The notes beneath the pieces are model-generated. The model did not search any database. It was given only the letters and a program-made list of their open reading frames with translations, and was not told where the DNA came from. The position numbers and the translations under genes are program-made. A stretch of DNA of 32,038 nucleotides from Hydrurus foetidus (taxonomy: Eukaryota), in the NCBI GenBank assembly GCA_900617105.1, contig UYFQ01000384.1, positions 1 to 32,038 on the forward strand, in the 5' to 3' direction. The first letter of the stretch is position 1, and every line of letters begins with the position of its first letter. Shown in pieces: positions 13,201 to 26,545 of the stretch.

Positions 13201-16200
13201 CCGTATGGATGCATGCACTGTACTACTACTTCTACTTCACATATTCATACCAATATTGATGGTAACGCTGTACCGGCAAGTATTATACCGTATGAAGGCA
13301 TGCACTGTACTACTACTTCTACTTCACATATTCATACCAATATTGATGGTAACGCTGTACCGGCAAGTATTATACCGTATGAAGGCACTGTACTACTACT
13401 TCTACTTCACATATTCATACCAATATTGATGGTAACGCTGTACCGGCAAGTATTATACCGTATGAATGCACTGTACTACTACTTCTACTTCACATATTCA
13501 TACCAATATTGATGGTAACGCTGTACCGGCAAGTATTATACCGTATGGATGCACTGTACTACTACTTCTACTTCACATATTCATACCAATATTGATGGTA
13601 ACGCTGTACCGGCAAGTATTATACCGTATGGAGGCACTGTACTACTACTTCTCCTTCACATATTCATACCAATATTGATGGTAACGCTGTACCGGCAAGT
13701 ATTATACCGTATGGATGCACTGTACTACTACTTCTCCTTCACATATTCATACCAATATTGATGGTAACGCTGTACCGGCAAGTATTATACCGTATGGATG
13801 CACTGTACTACTACTTCTACTTCACATATTCATACCAATATTGATGGTAACGCTGTACCGGCAAGTATTATACCGTATGGATGCACTGTACTACTACTTC
13901 TACTTCACATATTCATACCAATATTGATGGTAACGCTGTACCGGCAAGTATTATACCGTATGGAGGCACTGTACTACTACTTCTACTTCACATATTCATA
14001 CCAATATTGATGGTAACGCTGTACCGGCAAGTATTATACCGTATGGATGCACTGTACTACTACTTCTACTTCACATATTCATACCAATATTGATGGTAAC
14101 GCTGTACCGGCAAGTATTATACCGTATGAAGGCACTGTACTACTACTTCTACTTCACATATTCATACCAATATTGATGGTAACGCTGTACCGGCAAGTAT
14201 TATACCGTATGGATGCACACTGTACTACTACTTCTACTTCACATATTCATACCAATATTGATGGTAACGCTGTACCGGCAAGTATTATACCGTATGGATG
14301 CATGCACTGTACTACTACTTCTACTTCACATATTCATACCAATATTGATGGTAACGCTGTACCGGCAAGTATTATACCGTATGGAGGCACTGTACTACTA
14401 CTTCTACTTCACATATTCATACCAATATTGATGGTAACGCTGTACCGGCAAGTATTATACCGTATGGATGCACTGTACTACTACTTCTACTTCACATATT
14501 CATACCAATATTGATGGTAACGCTGTACCGGCAAGTATTATACCGTATGGATGCACTGTACTACTACTTCTCCTTCACATATTCATACCAATATTGATGG
14601 TAACGCTGTACCGGCAAGTATTATACCGTATGATGCACTGTACTACTACTTCTACTTCACATATTCATACCAATATTGATGGTAACGCTGTACCGGCAAG
14701 TATTATACCGTATGGACATGCACTGTACTACTACTTCTCCTTCACATATTCATACCAATATTGATGGTAACGCTGTACCGGCAAGTATTATACCGTATGA
14801 AGGCACTGTACTACTACTTCTACTTCACATATTCATACCAATATTGATGGTAACGCTGTACCGGCAAGTATTATACCGTATGAAGGCACTGTACTACTAC
14901 TTCTACTTCACATATTCATACCAATATTGATGGTAACGCTGTACCGGCAAGTATTATACCGTATGAAGGCACTGTACTACTACTTCTACTTCACATATTC
15001 ATACCAATATTGATGGTAACGCTGTACCGGCAAGTATTATACCGTATGGACGCATGCACTGTACTACTACTTCTACTTCACATATTCATACCAATATTGA
15101 TGGTAACGCTGTACCGGCAAGTATTATACCGTATGGAGGCACTGTACTACTACTTCTACTTCACATATTCATACCAATATTGATGGTAACGCTGTACCGG
15201 CAAGTATTATACCGTATGAATGCACTGTACTACTACTTCTACTTCACATATTCATACCAATATTGATGGTAACGCTGTACCGGCAAGTATTATACCGTAT
15301 GGATGCATGCACTGTACTACTACTTCTACTTCACATATTCATACCAATATTGATGGTAACGCTGTACCGGCAAGTATTATACCGTATGGACGTACTACTA
15401 CTTACTCCTTCACATACTTCATACCAATATTGATGGTAACGCTGTACCGGCAAGTATTATACCGTATGAATGCACTGTACTACTACTTCTACTTCACATA
15501 TTCATACCAATATTGATGGTAACGCTGTACCGGCAAGTATTATACCGTATGAAGGCACTGTACTACTACTTCTCCTTCACATATTCATACCAATATTGAT
15601 GGTAACGCTGTACCGGCAAGTATTATACCGTATGGACGCACTGTACTACTACTTCTACTTCACATATTCATACCAATATTGATGGTAACGCTGTACCGGC
15701 AAGTATTATACCGTATGAAGGCACTGTACTACTACTTCTACTTCACATATTCATACCAATATTGATGGTAACGCTGTACCGGCAAGTATTATACCGTATG
15801 GATGCATGCACTGTACTACTACTTCTACTTCACATATTCATACCAATATTGATGGTAACGCTGTACCGGCAAGTATTATACCGTATGAATGCATGCACTG
15901 TACTACTACTTCTACTTCACATATTCATACCAATATTGATGGTAACGCTGTACCGGCAAGTATTATACCGTATGGATGCATGCACTGTACTACTACTTCT
16001 ACTTCACATATTCATACCAATATTGATGGTAACGCTGTACCGGCAAGTATTATACCGTATGGAGGCACTGTACTACTACTTCTACTTCACATATTCATAC
16101 CAATATTGATGGTAACGCTGTACCGGCAAGTATTATACCGTATGGATGCACTGTACTACTACTTCTACTTCACATATTCATACCAATATTGATGGTAACG

Positions 16201-19200
16201 CTGTACCGGCAAGTATTATACCGTATGAATGCACTGTACTACTACTTCTACTTCACATATTCATACCAATATTGATGGTAACGCTGTACCGGCAAGTATT
16301 ATACCGTATGGATGCACTGTACTACTACTTCTCCTTCACATATTCATACCAATATTGATGGTAACGCTGTACCGGCAAGTATTATACCGTATGGAGGCAC
16401 TGTACTACTACTTCTACTTCACATATTCATACCAATATTGATGGTAACGCTGTACCGGCAAGTATTATACCGTATGAAGGCACTGTACTACTACTTCTAC
16501 TTCACATATTCATACCAATATTGATGGTAACGCTGTACCGGCAAGTATTATACCGTATGGATGCACTGTACTACTACTTCTACTTCACATATTCATACCA
16601 ATATTGATGGTAACGCTGTACCGGCAAGTATTATACCGTATGAAGGCACTGTACTACTACTTCTACTTCACATATTCATACCAATATTGATGGTAACGCT
16701 GTACCGGCAAGTATTATACCGTATGAAGGCATGCACTGTACTACTACTTCTCCTTCACATATTCATACCAATATTGATGGTAACGCTGTACCGGCAAGTA
16801 TTATACCGTATGGATGCATGCACTGTACTACTACTTCTACTTCACATATTCATACCAATATTGATGGTAACGCTGTACCGGCAAGTATTATACCGTATGG
16901 ATGCACTGTACTACTACTTCTACTTCACATATTCATACCAATATTGATGGTAACGCTGTACCGGCAAGTATTATACCGTATGGAGGCACTGTACTACTAC
17001 TTCTACTTCACATATTCATACCAATATTGATGGTAACGCTGTACCGGCAAGTATTATACCGTATGGATGCACTGTACTACTACTTCTACTTCACATATTC
17101 ATACCAATATTGATGGTAACGCTGTACCGGCAAGTATTATACCGTATGGAGGCACTGTACTACTACTTCTACTTCACATATTCATACCAATATTGATGGT
17201 AACGCTGTACCGGCAAGTATTATACCGTATGAAGGCACTGTACTACTACTTCTCCTTCACATATTCATACCAATATTGATGGTAACGCTGTACCGGCAAG
17301 TATTATACCGTATGGAGGCACTGTACTACTACTTCTACTTCACATATTCATACCAATATTGATGGTAACGCTGTACCGGCAAGTATTATACCGTATGGAC
17401 GCACTGTACTACTACTTCTACTTCACATATTCATACCAATATTGATGGTAACGCTGTACCGGCAAGTATTATACCGTATGAAGGCACTGTACTACTACTT
17501 CTACTTCACATATTCATACCAATATTGATGGTAACGCTGTACCGGCAAGTATTATACCGTATGGACGCACTGTACTACTACTTCTACTTCACATATTCAT
17601 ACCAATATTGATGGTAACGCTGTACCGGCAAGTATTATACCGTATGGAGGCACTGTACTACTACTTCTACTTCACATATTCATACCAATATTGATGGTAA
17701 CGCTGTACCGGCAAGTATTATACCGTATGAAGGCACTGTACTACTACTTCTCCTTCACATATTCATACCAATATTGATGGTAACGCTGTACCGGCAAGTA
17801 TTATACCGTATGGATGCATGCACTGTACTACTACTTCTACTTCACATATTCATACCAATATTGATGGTAACGCTGTACCGGCAAGTATTATACCGTATGG
17901 ACGCACTGTACTACTACTTCTACTTCACATATTCATACCAATATTGATGGTAACGCTGTACCGGCAAGTATTATACCGTATGAAGGCACTGTACTACTAC
18001 TTCTACTTCACATATTCATACCAATATTGATGGTAACGCTGTACCGGCAAGTATTATACCGTATGGAGGCACTGTACTACTACTTCTACTTCACATATTC
18101 ATACCAATATTGATGGTAACGCTGTACCGGCAAGTATTATACCGTATGAAGGCACTGTACTACTACTTCTACTTCACATATTCATACCAATATTGATGGT
18201 AACGCTGTACCGGCAAGTATTATACCGTATGAAGGCACTGTACTACTACTTCCTTCACATATTCATACCAATATTGATGGTAACGCTGTACCGGCAAGTA
18301 TTATACCGTATGGATGCACTGTACTACTACTTCTACTTCACATATTCATACCAATATTGATGGTAACGCTGTACCGGCAAGTATTATACCGTATGAAGGC
18401 ACTGTACTACTACTTCTCCTTCACATATTCATACCAATATTGATGGTAACGCTGTACCGGCAAGTATTATACCGTATGGATGCACTGTACTACTACTTCT
18501 ACTTCACATATTCATACCAATATTGATGGTAACGCTGTACCGGCAAGTATTATACCGTATGGAATGCACTGTACTACTACTTCTACTTCACATATTCATA
18601 CCAATATTGATGGTAACGCTGTACCGGCAAGTATTATACCGTATGGATGCATGCACTGTACTACTACTTCTACTTCACATATTCATACCAATATTGATGG
18701 TAACGCTGTACCGGCAAGTATTATACCGTATGGATGCATGCACTGTACTACTACTTCTCCTTCACATATTCATACCAATATTGATGGTAACGCTGTACCG
18801 GCAAGTATTATACCGTATGGATGGCACTGTACTACTACTTCTACTTCACATATTCATACCAATATTGATGGTAACGCTGTACCGGCAAGTATTATACCGT
18901 ATGAAGGCACTGTACTACTACTTCTACTTCACATATTCATACCAATATTGATGGTAACGCTGTACCGGCAAGTATTATACCGTATGGAGGCACTGTACTA
19001 CTACTTCTACTTCACATATTCATACCAATATTGATGGTAACGCTGTACCGGCAAGTATTATACCGTATGGATGCATGCACTGTACTACTACTTCTACTTC
19101 ACATATTCATACCAATATTGATGGTAACGCTGTACCGGCAAGTATTATACCGTATGGAGCATGCACTGTACTACTACTTCTACTTCACATATTCATACCA

Positions 19201-22200
19201 ATATTGATGGTAACGCTGTACCGGCAAGTATATATACCGTATGGTAGGCACTGTACTACTACTTCTACTTCCTTCATACCAAATATTGATGGTAACGCTG
19301 TACCGGCAAGTATTATACCGTATGGAATGCACTGTACTACTACTTCTCCTTCACATATTCATACCAATATTGATGGTAACGCTGTACCGGCAAGTATTAT
19401 ACCGTATGAAGGCACTGTACTACTACTTCTACTTTCACATATTCATACCAATATTGATGGTAACGCTGTACCGGCAAGTATTATACCGTATGGATGCATG
19501 CACTGTACTACTACTTCTACTTCACATATTCATACCAATATTGATGGTAACGCTGTACCGGCAAGTATTATACCGTATGGATGCATGCACTGTACTACTA
19601 CTTCTACTTCACATATTCATACCAATATTGATGGTAACGCTGTACCGGCAAGTATTATACCGTATGGAGGCACTGTACTACTACTTCTCCTTCACATATT
19701 CATACCAATATTGATGGTAACGCTGTACCGGCAAGTATTATACCGTATGGAGGCACTGTACTACTACTTCTACTTCACATATTCATACCAATATTGATGG
19801 TAACGCTGTACCGGCAAGTATTATACCGTATGGATGCACTGTACTACTACTTCTCTTCACATATTCATACCAATATTGATGGTAACGCTGTACCGGCAAG
19901 TATTATACCGTATGGAGGCACTGTACTACTACTTCTACTTCACATATTCATACCAATATTGATGGTAACGCTGTACCGGCAAGTATTATACCGTATGAAG
20001 GCACTGTACTACTACTTCTACTTCACATATTCATACCAATATTGATGGTAACGCTGTACCGGCAAGTATTATACCGTATGGATGCACTGTACTACTACTT
20101 CTACTTCACATATTCATACCAATATTGATGGTAACGCTGTACCGGCAAGTATTATACCGTATGGAGGCACTGTACTACTACTTCTACTTCACATATTCAT
20201 ACCAATATTGATGGTAACGCTGTACCGGCAAGTATTATACCGTATGAAGCACTGTACTACTACTTCTACTTCACATATTCATACCAATATTGATGGTAAC
20301 GCTGTACCGGCAAGTATTATACCGTATGAACGCACTGTACTACTACTTCTACTTCACATATTCATACCAATATTGATGGTAACGCTGTACCGGCAAGTAT
20401 TATACCGTATGGATGCATGCACTGTACTACTACTTCTACTTCACATATTCATACCAATATTGATGGTAACGCTGTACCGGCAAGTATTATACCGTATGGA
20501 TGCACTGTACTACTACTTCTACTTCACATATTCATACCAATATTGATGGTAACGCTGTACCGGCAAGTATTATACCGTATGGATGCATGCACTGTACTAC
20601 TACTTCTACTTCACATATTCATACCAATATTGATGGTAACGCTGTACCGGCAAGTATTATACCGTATGGAGGCACTGTACTACTACTTCTACTTCACATA
20701 TTCATACCAATATTGATGGTAACGCTGTACCGGCAAGTATTATACCGTATGGATGCATGCACTGTACTACTACTTCTCCTTCACATATTCATACCAATAT
20801 TGATGGTAACGCTGTACCGGCAAGTATTATACCGTATGGATGCATGCACTGTACTACTACTTCTACTTCACATATTCATACCAATATTGATGGTAACGCT
20901 GTACCGGCAAGTATTATACCGTATGAAGGCACTGTACTACTACTTCTACTTCACATATTCATACCAATATTGATGGTAACGCTGTACCGGCAAGTATTAT
21001 ACCGTATGGATGCATGCACTGTACTACTACTTCTACTTCACATATTCATACCAATATTGATGGTAACGCTGTACCGGCAAGTATTATACCGTATGAAGGC
21101 ACTGTACTACTACTTCTACTTCACATATTCATACCAATATTGATGGTAACGCTGTACCGGCAAGTATTATACCGTATGAAGGCACTGTACTACTACTTCT
21201 ACTTCACATATTCATACCAATATTGATGGTAACGCTGTACCGGCAAGTATTATACCGTATGAAGGCACTGTACTACTACTTCTACTTCACATATTCATAC
21301 CAATATTGATGGTAACGCTGTACCGGCAAGTATTATACCGTATGAAGGCACTGTACTACTACTTCTCCTTCACATATTCATACCAATATTGATGGTAACG
21401 CTGTACCGGCAAGTATTATACCGTATGAAGGCACTGTACTACTACTTCTACTTCACATATTCATACCAATATTGATGGTAACGCTGTACCGGCAAGTATT
21501 ATACCGTATGAAGGCACTGTACTACTACTTCTCCTTCACATATTCATACCAATATTGATGGTAACGCTGTACCGGCAAGTATTATACCGTATGGATGCAC
21601 TGTACTACTACTTCTACTTCACATATTCATACCAATATTGATGGTAACGCTGTACCGGCAAGTATTATACCGTATGGATGCATGCACTGTACTACTACTT
21701 CTCCTTCACATATTCATACCAATATTGATGGTAACGCTGTACCGGCAAGTATTATACCGTATGAAGGCACTGTACTACTACTTCTCCTTCACATATTCAT
21801 ACCAATATTGATGGTAACGCTGTACCGGCAAGTATTATACCGTATGAATGCACTGTACTACTACTTCTACTTCACATATTCATACCAATATTGATGGTAA
21901 CGCTGTACCGGCAAGTATTATACCGTATGGAGGCACTGTACTACTACTTCTACTTCACATATTCATACCAATATTGATGGTAACGCTGTACCGGCAAGTA
22001 TTATACCGTATGAAGGCACTGTACTACTACTTCTACTTCACATATTCATACCAATATTGATGGTAACGCTGTACCGGCAAGTATTATACCGTATGGAGGC
22101 ACTGTACTACTACTTCTCCTTCACATATTCATACCAATATTGATGGTAACGCTGTACCGGCAAGTATTATACCGTATGGATGCATGCACTGTACTACTAC

Positions 22201-25200
22201 TTCTACTTCACATATTCATACCAATATTGATGGTAACGCTGTACCGGCAAGTATTATACCGTATGGATGCATGCACTGTACTACTACTTCTCCTTCACAT
22301 ATTCATACCAATATTGATGGTAACGCTGTACCGGCAAGTATAATACCGTATGAAGGCACTGTACTACTACTTCTACTCCACATACTACTTCTCCTTCACA
22401 TATTCATACCAATATTGATGGTAACGCTGTACCGGCAAGTATTATACCGTATGGACGCACTGTACTACTACTTCTACTTCACATATTCATACCAATATTG
22501 ATGGTAACGCTGTACCGGCAAGTATTATACCGTATGAATGCACTGTACTACTACTTCTACTTCACATATTCATACCAATATTGATGGTAACGCTGTACCG
22601 GCAAGTATTATACCGTATGGATGCATGCACTGTACTACTACTTCTACTTCACATATTCATACCAATATTGATGGTAACGCTGTACCGGCAAGTATTATAC
22701 CGTATGAAGGCACTGTACTACTACTTCTACTCCACATATTCATACCAATATTGATGGTAACGCTGTACCGGCAAGTATTATACCGTATGGACGCACTGTA
22801 CTACTACTTCTACTCCACATATTCATACCAATATTGATGGTAACGCTGTACCGGCAAGTATTATACCGTATGGACGCACTGTACTACTACTTCTACTTCA
22901 CATATTCATACCAATATTGATGGTAACGCTGTACCGGCAAGTATTATACCGTATGAAGGCACTGTACTACTACTTCTACTTCACATATTCATACCAATAT
23001 TGATGGTAACGCTGTACCGGCAAGTATTATACCGTATGGATGCACTGTACTACTACTTCTACTTCACATATTCATACCAATATTGATGGTAACGCTGTAC
23101 CGGCAAGTATTATACCGTATGAAGGCACTGTACTACTACTTCTACTTCACATATTCATACCAATATTGATGGTAACGCTGTACTCCACATATTCATACCA
23201 ATATTGATGGTAACGCTGTACCGGCAAGTATTATACCGTATGAAGGCACTGTACTACTACTTCTCCTTCACATATTCATACCAACATTGATGGTAACGCT
23301 GTACCGGCAAGTATTATACCGTATGAAGGCACTGTACTACTACTTCTACTCCACATATTCATACCAATATTGATGGTAACGCTGTACCGGCAAGTATTAT
23401 ACCGTATGAAGGCACTGTACTACTACTTCTACTCCACATATTCATACCAATATTGATGGTAACGCTGTACCGGCAAGTATTATACCGTATGGATGCACTG
23501 TACTACTACTTCTCCTTCACATATTCATACCAATATTGATGGTAACGCTGTACCGGCAAGTATTATACCGTATGAAGGCACTGTACTACTACTTCTCCTT
23601 CACATATTCATACCAATATTGATGGTAACGCTGTACCGGCAAGTATTATACCGTATGGACGCACTGTACTACTACTTCTACTTCACATATTCATACCAAT
23701 ATTGATGGTAACGCTGTACCGGCAAGTATTATACCGTATGGATGCACTGTACTACTACTTCTCCTTCACATATTCATACCAATATTGATGGTAACGCTGT
23801 ACCGGCAAGTATTATACCGTATGAATGCACTGTACTACTACTTCTCCTTCACATATTCATACCAATATTGATGGTAACGCTGTACCGGCAAGTATTATAC
23901 CGTATGAAGGCACTGTACTACTACTTCTACTTCACATATTCATACCAATATTGATGGTAACGCTGTACCGGCAAGTATTATACCGTATGAATGCACTGTA
24001 CTACTACTTCTCCTTCACATATTCATACCAATATTGATGGTAACGCTGTACCGGCAAGTATTATACCGTATGGACGCACTGTACTACTACTTCTACTTCA
24101 CATATTCATACCAATATTGATGGTAACGCTGTACCGGCAAGTATTATACCGTATGGACGCACTGTACTACTACTTCTACTTCACATATTCATACCAATAT
24201 TGATGGTAACGCTGTACCGGCAAGTATTATACCGTATGAAGGCACTGTACTACTACTTCTACTCCACATATTCATACCAATATTGATGGTAACGCTGTAC
24301 CGGCAAGTATTATACCGTATGAATGCACTGTACTACTACTTCTACTCCACATATTCATACCAACATTGATGGTAACGCTGTACCGGCAAGTATTATACCG
24401 TATGGATGCATGCACTGTACTACTACTTCTACTTCACATATTCATACCAATATTGATGGTAACGCTGTACCGGCAAGTATTATACCGTATGGAGGCACTG
24501 TACTACTACTTCTACTTCACATATTCATACCAATATTGATGGTAACGCTGTACTCCACATATTCATACCAATATTGATGGTAACGCTGTACCGGCAAGTA
24601 TTATACCGTATGAACGCACTGTACTACTACTTCTCCTTCACATATTCATACCAACATTGATGGTAACGCTGTACCGGCAAGTATTATACCGTATGGAGGC
24701 ACTGTACTACTACTTCTACTCCACATATTCATACCAATATTGATGGTAACGCTGTACCGGCAAGTATTATACCGTATGGAGGCACTGTACTACTACTTCT
24801 ACTCCACATATTCATACCAATATTGATGGTAACGCTGTACCGGCAAGTATTATACCGTATGAAGGCACTGTACTACTACTTCTACTTCACATATTCATAC
24901 CAATATTGATGGTAACGCTGTACCGGCAAGTATTATACCGTATGGACGCACTGTACTACTACTTCTACTTCACATATTCATACCAATATTGATGGTAACG
25001 CTGTACCGGCAAGTATTATACCGTATGGATGCACTGTACTACTACTTCTACTTCACATATTCATACCAATATTGATGGTAACGCTGTACCGGCAAGTAGT
25101 AGTACAGTGCGTATACGGTATAATACTTGCACTGTACTACTACTTCTACTCCACATATTCATACCAATATTGATGGTAACGCTGTACCGGCAAGTATTAT

Positions 25201-25330
25201 ACCGTATGAATACTTGCACTGTACTACTACTTCTACTTCACATATTCATACCAATATTGATGGTAACGCTGTACCGGCAAGTATTATACCGTATGGATGC
25301 TTGCTGTACTACTACTTCCCTCATATTTGG
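7299..25330 (+). repeat. ~18-kb satellite array, 83-bp unit with an 87-bp variant (+GCAT), roughly 215 copies
   Basis: Unit GCACTGTACTACTACTTCTACTTCACATATTCATACCAATATTGATGGTAACGCTGTACCGGCAAGTATTATACCGTATG[G/A]A[T/G/C] repeated head to tail, with no unique spacers. Copy number is estimated from array length divided by unit length. Confidence 0.99.
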
Positions 25331-25344
25331 TATGAATTGTAACG

Positions 25345-25909
25345 GAGGCAAGTAGTAGTACAGTGCATGCATCCTTTATTTTGCCGGTACAGCGTTACCA
25401 TCAATATTGGTATGAATATGTAATAGAAGTAGTAGTACATATGCATCCATACGGTATAATACTTGCCGGTACAGCGTTACCATCAATGTTGGTATGAATA
25501 TTGAGTAGAAGAAGTACAGTGCAACCATACGGTATTTGCCGGTAGCGTACCATCAATAATGAATATGTGAGTAGAAGTAGTAGCAGTACTTATTCCATAC
25601 GCCAATACTTGCCGGTACAGCGTTACCATCAATATTAATGACCGGCCAATGTACCTTTCGCTGCACATACCCTATTGCCGGTACAGCGTTACCATCAATA
25701 TTGGTATGAATATGTGAAGTAGAAGTAGTAGTACAGTGCCTTCATACGGTATAATACTTGCCGGTACAGCGTTACCATCAATATTGGTATGAATATGTGA
25801 AGAAAAGTAGTAGTACAGTGCATGCATCCATACGGTATAATACTTGCCGGTACAGCGTTACCATCAATGTTGGTATGAATATGTGAAGGAGAAGTAGTAG
25901 TACAGTGCA
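25345..25909 (-). repeat. Same 83/87-bp satellite in inverted orientation (~6-7 copies; noisy to ~25680, clean after)
   Basis: CATACGGTATAATACTTGCCGGTACAGCGTTACCATCAATATTGGTATGAATATGTGAAG is the reverse complement of the unit. Confidence 0.93.
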
Positions 25910-25921
25910 AAAAAAAAGGAG

Positions 25922-25960
25922 AATGGGTGTTTCTGGGACAGGGTCCCAGAAATACCCATT
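25922..25960. other. 18-bp stem / 3-nt loop hairpin at the apparent viral terminus
   Basis: AATGGGTGTTTCTGGGAC-AGG-GTCCCAGAAATACCCATT; one G-T wobble, otherwise perfect. Lies 4 nt after the A9 run that ends the satellite. Confidence 0.9.
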
Positions 25961-26091
25961 TACCTTTTATTTACAGAGAAAAGACAAAATGTAAAAAAAA
26001 AGCGTAAATTAGTGGATAATATTTGTGTGTGTTTAAGCGGTAATATTTTGGATATAAAAAGTAAAAAAAACAATAAAAATACAGGAAAATG

Positions 26092-26129
26092 CGGTATAAT
26101 ACGGTATAAATTATACGGTATAATACGGT
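26092..26129 (+). repeat. Iterated CGGTATAA(T/A) motif (iteron-like) in the viral terminal noncoding region
   Basis: CGGTATAATACGGTATAAATTATACGGTATAATACGGT; a related CGGTAATA lies at 26038. Confidence 0.75.
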
Positions 26130-26165
26130 TAAAAATCCTCAGCTTGGGGGAGCAAAAAACGTCCC

Positions 26166-26519
26166 TTATAAATTATCTATTATTCTATCTATTCTTCCAT
26201 TTAAATCATTCATTGTGTTTTCTAAACAACATATTCTTCTATCTAAAGCAATACTATTGTCTGTTAATTTTTTAAGGTCTCTTTCTATTTCATAGAAAAA
26301 ACGAAGAGATTCAGGCCATATACTTTTTAAGTTTTTTAATTTTACATACCCTCTAAATTGAATATTATCACGATAAACAAAAAAAGCGTGTGAGATGTAA
26401 TTGTCAATATAAATATTTTTTTTGTATAAATCAATTGATTCGTTTATTATTTTAGATGTTGGATTTACCTCCCGAAAAGACAGAATTAAATTTATTATCT
26501 CATTCGGTAAATTAACCAT
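26166..26519 (-). CDS. Viral hypothetical protein (117 aa) with F-box-like N-terminus and C-terminal coiled coil
   Basis: MVNLPNEIINLILSF resembles the F-box LPxEIxxxI start. Heptad-like C-terminus (LKKL...LDRRICCLENTMNDLNGRIDRI). TATATA lies upstream of the ATG. Confidence 0.7.
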   Translation of the reverse strand: MVNLPNEIINLILSFREVNPTSKIINESIDLYKKNIYIDNYISHAFFVYRDNIQFRGYVKLKNLKSIWPESLRFFYEIERDLKKLTDNSIALDRRICCLENTMNDLNGRIDRIIDNL

Positions 26520-26545
26520 TATATTATATAACTATCATATATAAA
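26520..26545. promoter_or_regulatory. 26-bp divergent intergenic spacer with TATATA motifs (putative bidirectional viral promoter)
   Basis: TATATTATATAACTATCATATATAAA separates head-to-head ATGs at 26519 (-) and 26546 (+). Confidence 0.5.

Noticed and set aside
7299..25909. CRISPR-like array
   Set aside because: No unique spacers, only a few recurring variants in a head-to-tail unit; no cas genes; eukaryotic context.
7293..25910. The many MHCTTTS.../MVTLYRQ... ORFs
   Set aside because: Translations of an 83/87-bp repeat; the frame changes with each 83-bp unit.
26012..26275. 87-aa + strand ORF
   Set aside because: GTG start, low-complexity terminal region, and overlaps the better 117-aa gene antisense.
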